DNA of 64,000 nucleotides from Ignavibacteriota bacterium. GTDB lineage: Bacteria > Bacteroidota > Ignavibacteria > Palsa-1295. The stretch lies in NCBI GenBank assembly GCA_963776895.1, contig CAVZOL010000009.1, positions 324,147 to 388,146 on the forward strand. The letters run 5' to 3'. The notes beneath the pieces were generated by a model that was not told the DNA's origin, ran no database searches, and saw nothing but the letters and a program-made list of their open reading frames with translations. This document shows, one piece after another, positions 57,480 to 64,000 of the stretch (its first letter is position 1; each line of letters starts with the position of its first letter). A program made the translations under genes and the position numbers.

Positions 57480-58605
57480 GTGTGCTGCGTGGGAATACAA
57501 TGTGGAATTGTTGGCTTGCCGAACGTCGGGAAATCGACACTATTTAATGCTATCACCGCCAGCTCGCAGGCAGCGGCGGAAAATTATCCTTTTTGCACGA
57601 TCGAGCCGAATACCGGCGTCGTTCCCGTGCCGGATGAGCGCATCCGTGCGCTGACCGCGCTCGTCAATCCTGCGCGCGAGGTTCCGGCTACGATAGAATT
57701 TGTCGATATTGCAGGACTTGTCAAAGGCGCATCGCAGGGCGAAGGACTTGGCAATCAATTTCTGGCGCATATCCGGGATGTCGATGCGATCGCGCATGTC
57801 GTCCGCGCGTTCGAAGATCCGAATGTGATCCACGTCGATGGCTCCATCAATCCAAAACGCGATATTGAGGTGATCGAAACCGAGCTTATCCTGAAAGATT
57901 TCGAAACGCTCGATAAAAAATCTGACGCCGCCCAGCGCAAATCCAAAACCGGCGATCCGAAAGCTCGCGCGGAATCCGATTTTTATGCTCGCCTTAAAGA
58001 GCATCTCGAAAAAGGCCGCCTCGCAAAATATCTTCCATTAAATTCCGATGATGAGCAAACCTGGCTCCGCGAGATGCACTTGCTCACGGCAAAGCCCGTG
58101 CTTTATGTAGCAAATACCGACGAGCATGGCGTTACGCATGGCAACGCTTACATCGATACCATCCGAGAAATTGCCGAGAAAAGAAGCGCCCGCGTTGTTC
58201 CCATCTGCGCGAAGATCGAAATGGAGCTTGTGGAACTGCCGGAAGCCGAACGCGCCGAATTCCTGCGATGAGCTTGGCCTGAAAGAGCCGGGACTGAACG
58301 CGCTTGTCCGCGCGGCATACGATTTGCTCGGATTACAAACGTATTTCACCGCCGGGCCGAAAGAAGTCCGCGCATGGACGGTTCGCAAAGGCGCAAAAGC
58401 GCCGGAAGCGGCAGCCGTCATCCACACCGATTTTGAAAAAGGATTTATTCGAGCAGAAGTAATGAAATTCAGCGATTTTTTGCGGTTGAAATCCGAAACG
58501 GCCGTCCGCGAAGCCGGACTTTTGCGAAGCGAAGGAAGAGAATATATTGTTGACGACGGGGACATCATGCACTTTAGGTTCAATGTTGAACCTGGATTAC
58601 GCTGA
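57480..58605 (+). CDS. ychF: ribosome-binding ATPase YchF (Obg-like GTPase family), interrupted by a 1-nt insertion near 58265
   Basis: G1 [18 protein letters not shown] and G3 [10 protein letters not shown] in ORF 57480..58271. The TGS domain ([38 protein letters not shown]…) follows in the +1 frame; AEFL|DELGL junction. Confidence 0.85.
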
Positions 58606-58747
58606 TTAATTTCTGATTTCGCTGGTTTTCAAGAATTGAACATTCAAGCGAAGCATTATTACTATATCATACGCAATGCGTCTCGAAGGAAGGAATTCCT
58701 GAAATATAACCTGACCTATCTCTCCCGGCGAGGAGCTGGAATCGCTG

Positions 58748-59305
58748 TTGCGCGAGCGGGGAATCGACGCCGTTGCGATAAATAAAGTTCTCGATGCGTA
58801 TGACATGGCCGAGAGCGTGCATGAGTTCCAAAAGCGCCCGGACGATACGCCCTATTTCTGGCACCCGAGCCGCGTGACAAAGATCATGCTGATCGAACTC
58901 AATCAAACGGATGCGAATATTCTCTGCGCCGCATTACTCCACGATACGCTGGAAGATTCCAATGTGCTGACGCCCGAAATTCTCGAACTGAATTTTGGTT
59001 CCTATACCAGCTATCTCGTCCAAAAGCTGACAAAGGACATCAAAGCCGAAGGCGCAATGAAAGAATGGGTGGAAAAGGAATATATCGAGAAGTTGCTCGC
59101 CGCCAGCGAGGATGCGCGGATGCTAAAACTTGCCGACCGTCTTGATACCTACCGATGCCTCGAATTCAATGTCAAAAGAAACCCGATCAAGTATATTATG
59201 GAAACGCAGGCACATTACTTCCCTCTCGCGCATGGTTCCCAAAATCCGCGCCTGAAATATCTTATCAAAGAGCTGCAAAAAGAGCAGAATAAGTTTTTGG
59301 GATGA
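58748..59305 (+). CDS. HD-domain protein, small alarmone hydrolase-like ((p)ppGpp hydrolase family)
   Basis: H…HD motif (AALLHDTLED), about 185 aa, SpoT/RelA N-terminal HD-like. Confidence 0.55.
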   Translation: MRERGIDAVAINKVLDAYDMAESVHEFQKRPDDTPYFWHPSRVTKIMLIELNQTDANILCAALLHDTLEDSNVLTPEILELNFGSYTSYLVQKLTKDIKAEGAMKEWVEKEYIEKLLAASEDARMLKLADRLDTYRCLEFNVKRNPIKYIMETQAHYFPLAHGSQNPRLKYLIKELQKEQNKFLG

Positions 59306-59337
59306 TAACGGTATCTCTGAGGACGCACGAACTTTAC

Positions 59338-59484
59338 TTGTCATTCTGAGCGTAGCAAAACGTAGCGGAGCGGAGTTTTGCGAAGCGAAGAATCTTTTCC
59401 ATTGTAAATAAGATCCTTCGCTCCGTTCGCCCTCCCTCGCATGAGCGATCATGCCGGTCGGACGAACTCCGCTCAGGATGACAT
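59338..59484. repeat. MITE-like nested palindromic element copy R4
   Basis: TTGTCATTCTGAGCGTAGC … CTCCGCTCAGGATGACA with internal AAGATCCTTCGCTCCGTTCGCCC. Confidence 0.7.
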
Positions 59485-59571
59485 CTTTAACTTAATCGGT
59501 AATTATAGATCATTCCGGAAACATTTCCCGGTGATACGTGCTTTTACATGCCGCGACGTCGCCAACCACAT

Positions 59572-59643
<72 letters not shown>

Positions 59644-59683
59644 TCTGAGAACCACGATTCATAGGATTTTAAGGATTTTCAGG

Positions 59684-60744
59684 ATGGGTACGCCAAATCT
59701 CAAAAATCCCATTAATCGCATAAATCCCGGTTCAGACAAGATTCTAATTGTTCGCACCGATCGGCTGGGTGATGTTGTGCTTACCCTCCCGATGGCGCGG
59801 GCTATCAAAAAGGCATTGCCCAATGCTCGCGTAACTTTTCTTGCAGTGAATATACGCGGCCCATCATCGAACGGTGTCCGGATGTGGATGACATTCGTAC
59901 CATCGAACGAAAAACAAGTTTTGGGAAAATCATCCGAAAATATTCGAGGATTCAGATGTTGCATTTTTCCCAAGCCCAAGATTTCAACTTGCGTTGGCAG
60001 CATTTATCGCTCGCGTTCCTAAGCGCATCGGGACTGGCTACCGGTGGTATTCTTTCCTTTTCACGAATAAAATTTACGAACACCGAAAAACAGCAGAGCG
60101 GCATGAGGCAGAGTACAACCTTCGAATGCTCTCCTCGATCGGAATCTCTGCGGACGCAGATGAATTGCCAACGATAAAGCTTCGCTCGCCGGAGCGAGAA
60201 TTTGTGCAACATTGGCTCGCTGATAATCTCGGCTCTCCCGATGCAAGATTTCGTACTGCTGCATATCACGAGCGGAGGTTCTACCCAGCCGTGGCCGGCT
60301 GAGAAATTCACCCAATTAGGCCGGGACATTGCTGAACGACATAAAATCAAAATTGTGCTTACCGGAGTGAATCAGGATGCAGCGGGAATTATAGCTGTTG
60401 CAGATTCCATAGGTTCGGAACATGCCGTTCTGTTCATCGGTAAATCACTGCTGGAATTAGCTGCGCTTCTTGAACGAGCCGCAATAGTTGTTACGAACAG
60501 CACCGGCCCTGGGCATTTATCAGCCGCTCTCGGCACAGCCACGATCGGGCTGTTCCCTCTGACGCTTCCGCTAAGCAAGGAACGCTGGGGTTTTCGCGGT
60601 TCTCGGGTCATGAATTTGTCGCCGAATGCGATTATGGGGTGTCCGAACTGTAAGAATTGCATGTGCATGGAACGTATCCCCAAAGAAAACGTACTGAATG
60701 CGGTAGAAACAATGCTCGACCGGAAAAGGCCGCCAACAAATTAG
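59684..60744 (+). CDS. ADP-heptose:LPS heptosyltransferase-like glycosyltransferase family 9 enzyme, split over three frames (indels near 59848, 59911, 60225)
   Basis: KILIVRTDRLGDVVLTLPMARAIKKALPNARVTF (ORF 59684..60022). EYTRPIIERCPDVDDIRTIERK in the frame of ORF 59884..60177, then KFWENHPKIF…LAAFIARVPKRIGTGYRW (ORF 59994..60302). DFVLLHITSGGSTQPWPAEKF…VTNSTGPGHLSAALG (ORF 60202..60744). Total about 353 aa equals intact GT9. Confidence 0.75.
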
Positions 60745-60796
60745 ATTTTCTCTGCGATTCAACATTTAGTCCGTTGAAATCGTCTAAAGAACGGCA

Positions 60797-61648
60797 TTGT
60801 ATTACATAGTGATGAAGCACAAATTTCCTACCGCTCTTTTGATCTTTAGCGCAGTCCTTTTCGGAGCCTACGTGCACGAAGATCCGAGCGCGGCTCAGAC
60901 ACCCAGCACCGGCAGGATCGCACCATTCACCTTCCGGAGTATGCCGAATTCGGCCTTCGACGTTGGTGAGCGGCTTACCTTCGACCTGGCATGGGAGGGT
61001 GTTTCGGGCGGTCAGGCGACGATGTCCATCCCGGATATTCGTTATATCAACGGCAGAAAGACCTTCGAGACTCGTGTGGATGCTACATTCGAATTCTAAC
61101 GCTCGATCTGTTTTTTAAAGTTAGGGATCGCTACGAGACCTTCATGGATGTCGATGGTATTTTCCCCTGGCGCTTCGAGCAGCATGTACGCGAGGGAAAA
61201 TATTCCACGGGATTACGATGCCAATTTCGACCCGGAAGCACAAACAGCAGAAACCAGCGACGGTAAAGAATACAGTACACCAGAGTATGTACACGACATC
61301 GTGAGTGCATTTTATTATGTTCGCACACTGGACTTGACACATTCTCATAAGGGCGATGTCATTCATCTGGTGAATTTCTACGACGGGAAAACTCATCCAC
61401 TCGATGTCCGCGTGCTCGGCCACCAGCAAGTGGAGACCGAAGTGGGAACCTTCGAATGCTCGGTCATCGAGCCGATGGTAGTCGAAGGCGGCCTGTTCAA
61501 AAATGAAGGCTCGATCAAGATCTGGCTGACGGATGATGACAATCATATGCCCGTTAAAATGGCATCGAAAGCGATCATCGGCGAGATCGAGGCGAAGCTA
61601 ATCAAATATGAGGGCGTTCGCGGCCCGCTGACCTCGAAAGTAGGATAA
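60797..61648 (+). CDS. DUF3108-like Bacteroidota-type secreted protein, split over three frames (indels near 61095 and 61208)
   Basis: Signal peptide; …GERLTFDLAWEGVSGGQATMSI…; FFKVRDRYETFMDVDGIFPWRFEQHVREGKYS in a second frame; C-terminal YYVRTLDL…IKIWLTDDDNHMPVKM in the third. Confidence 0.45.
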
Positions 61649-61655
61649 TTGCGAT

Positions 61656-62807
61656 TTAATAGACGTTAGCAGGCAACGATATGTCCGGGAACTCCTCGTG
61701 AAACAATTCAGGAATGTTTTGTAAGGGAATAATGGCCTCACCCGAAGTTTTCTCAGCGAGCATTCCCCTTGTAGAAGCATACGCTACTCCAATAAGTGTG
61801 AACATTAAATTTGCAGGTATTTTCTGCTCATTTTTATTTTCAGCTGGCCCTTTTTTGATTGCAAAAATGGACCGGGTAGTCAACTCGATCACGGGCTGCT
61901 CTATTCCTTCGAGAAACCCAGAAACACCGAACTCCACAACGATTTCGGTGCGAACTCCCGAAGTTGTGAGTTGATATTGAAAGGAATAATCCTTTCTCGA
62001 ATGCGAATGATCCTCGGGCCTTCGGAATACAAAACCTATCTCCTGAAAGGAGCTAAGTGAAACAGCAAAGTCACTGGTTAATTCAGGCATGCGCCATGCG
62101 AATCGGATTGGCTTGAAGAATCCCTGAACTCTTATGCGAAATGACAGTCACACCCACATTAGTTATTCTATATGGGATGAGTACAGGCCCCATTTGTGGC
62201 TTCGCAATCACAGGTGATCGGGCAAGAATATCCTTAGCTTCAGCTTTTAAGAGTTGCTTTGTACGAACGAGCATTCCGACCATTGCCGAGGCAATAAGAA
62301 AAAGAAAACCATAGAAGAGTATATTTTCCATCTCACACCTAACATCCGTCGTTACCGGGACGTTCGCAGCCGTCGAAGGAAGCTCAAAGACTTCATGAAA
62401 GCTGAGTAGGCGATCGAAAAACCAACCATCCAATACACAATTATGGAAACCCGGTCTATACGAAGCTCTGCCAGTGGCTTCGATGTGAGAAAAACTACAA
62501 AAGCAATCGCAATAATCCACCCGCCAATCGGAACCCAGCCAAATAGCACTCGGTCTAACTTGCTGGTTGGCGACTTTCGATCTGATGAGAAGTAGTCCAC
62601 GGAAATTCCCACAAGTCTGGTTCCAGCGAAGATAAGTAATGCGCCTCCAAGCACGTAATCGCTCCAATTGAAAGTCGGCACAACGCTCAATAAGCTCTCT
62701 ACATACTTAACGATAATCAGAAGTAAACTAAGGCCGCTCGCGACGAGCGCCCAACCAGCGCCAACAAGTGCCGCGCGAAGCTGTAACCTGAAGATCGGTG
62801 AAAACAT
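61656..62807 (-). CDS. polytopic membrane protein with large C-terminal extracytoplasmic domain, apparently split over three overlapping ORFs
   Basis: N-terminal 4-5 TM helices (62352..62807). Continuation ILFYGFLFLIASAMVGMLV…ANPIRMA in the second frame and a 144-aa soluble domain (61656..62090). Confidence 0.35.
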
Positions 62808-62833
62808 TAATCTAATTTCTCTAAGTTAGAAAT

Positions 62834-63112
62834 TTATTCCATCGCCTGCTCCAGCGCGGTTGAGAGTGTTTCAAGATCGAGCGCGATACGGTCAAGTTCG
62901 CGGCGCTCATTTTCTTTGGTATGAGCTTCCTGCTCGGCAAAATTTAGTGCGGCAAGCACGGCCAGTGTCGTCGTTGATTGCGAAGGCAGCTTGGTCTGGA
63001 GTTCCCGCAACTGCCCATCGACTTCTTGCGCAAGCTGCTGGGTAAGCGCTTCGTCGTTGGATCGCAAAGGATATTCCGAGCCGAGAATGGTAACTTTTAC
63101 CGTTTGTGCCAT
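62834..63112 (-). CDS. zapA: cell division protein ZapA
   Basis: 92 aa; VKVTILGSEYPLRS…LAVLAALNFAEQ is the ZapA consensus. Confidence 0.7.
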   Translation of the reverse strand: MAQTVKVTILGSEYPLRSNDEALTQQLAQEVDGQLRELQTKLPSQSTTTLAVLAALNFAEQEAHTKENERRELDRIALDLETLSTALEQAME

Positions 63113-63115
63113 GTC

Positions 63116-63742
63116 TTATTTTTCCTCTGTTGCAAGCATTCTCAATTCCATCGCTGCTATCTGATCGAGGAGCGAGTCGATAGCTTTTGCCGCAGTACCC
63201 TGGTCATCCGATGTCAGCTTTAGAACATATTGCGCGTTCATTCGCTCGTCATCGAATATCCTGGTTCGAAAGGCATCGCGTTCCTTGCTTATTTTTTCGA
63301 CGCGGTCTTCGAGTTGAGCGGTTTTTGTTTTCCATTCATCGAGTTCCGATTGCCAGGCTGTTTCATATTCACGTTGTTCCTTTAATTGAAGGGCACTGTT
63401 GGCAAGCTCTGCTTCAAGGCGTGAGATAGTGGTGATCTGTTCGTTCAAGAGCCGCTCCTGATCGGCGAGCCGCTTATTAAGATCGGTGAATTCTTTGGCC
63501 CGCTCCTCGCTCTCGCTCGACACGCTTGCAAGCAGCGTAGCACGTTGCTCGAAATTCTGGCGCTCCTGCGCAAACAGCGTTTCAACATCGTGCAGACGCT
63601 GTTCAAGTGTCTGTTTCTCTTGCTTTAGTTGATGGATACGCTCCGCCGCGTCACGCGCTATGCGTTCAAGGTGAGTCGTTGCGCGAGCAAGCCGCTCACG
63701 GCTAAGTCCTAATACTACTTCGCGGGATTCCGTCGGGGTCAC
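63116..63742 (-). CDS. coiled-coil protein (possible cell-division-associated partner of ZapA)
   Basis: 208 aa, nearly all heptad coiled coil, 3-nt spacing from zapA. Confidence 0.35.
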   Translation of the reverse strand: MTPTESREVVLGLSRERLARATTHLERIARDAAERIHQLKQEKQTLEQRLHDVETLFAQERQNFEQRATLLASVSSESEERAKEFTDLNKRLADQERLLNEQITTISRLEAELANSALQLKEQREYETAWQSELDEWKTKTAQLEDRVEKISKERDAFRTRIFDDERMNAQYVLKLTSDDQGTAAKAIDSLLDQIAAMELRMLATEEK

Positions 63743-64000
63743 AATCAGTAACGGGTAATGAGTACCGGGTAACGAGCATAAAAAGAGTGGAACAGAAGGG
63801 CAAGCAAATTAAAAGAGCTGCTTCCCGACTCGGTACTCAGTACTCGTTACTCAATACACAGTTAAACACGAAGTCGCGCGTGAAGTTCTCCCTCTAACCG
63901 CTTAATTATCAGATTGATAAGCTGATCTACTTCATGTTCCTCCAAAGTCCGCTCATCCGAGCGAAAAACAAGGTGAAACGCAAGGCTGCGCTCGTGTACT

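Overview
Mostly chromosomal sequence from an FCB-group bacterium (Bacteroidota/Ignavibacteriota/Chlorobi-like). Eight or more secreted proteins carry C-terminal type IX secretion (T9SS) sorting domains, there is an exbB-exbD-exbD-tonB-pstS-like-TPR operon, and GC is about 55%. Recognisable housekeeping genes include purM, recQ, a metB/metC-family PLP enzyme, hemA with an upstream hemX/ccsA-like gene, an Hsp20, asnB, a GT4 glycosyltransferase, HU, yajQ, sucD, ndk, mntR-mntH, ychF and zapA, plus tRNA-Ser and tRNA-Gly. Accessory content includes two type II toxin-antitoxin pairs (AbrB-VapC and RHH-PIN), an ECF sigma factor beside a block of three paralogous T9SS cargo genes, a secreted ankyrin-repeat protein and a metzincin protease. 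Non-coding content is rich. There are four nested-palindromic MITE-like elements with ends TGTCAT(C/T)CTGAGCG...CGCTCAGGATGACA. There are four copies of a GC-rich hairpin carrying an AAGGAGGGGG core. A roughly 80-bp element recurs upstream of T9SS cargo genes, and many short tandem repeats lie in intergenic regions. A 32-aa very basic ORF, too short for the ORF track, resembles ribosomal protein bS22. The strongest technical observation is that at least 12 conserved genes are broken by single-nucleotide frameshifts, several within a few bases of a GAAT tetranucleotide. This points to systematic indel errors in the assembly rather than pseudogenes, so the frameshifted ORFs are merged below. Coordinates of elements absent from the ORF track are approximate (about +/-2 nt).
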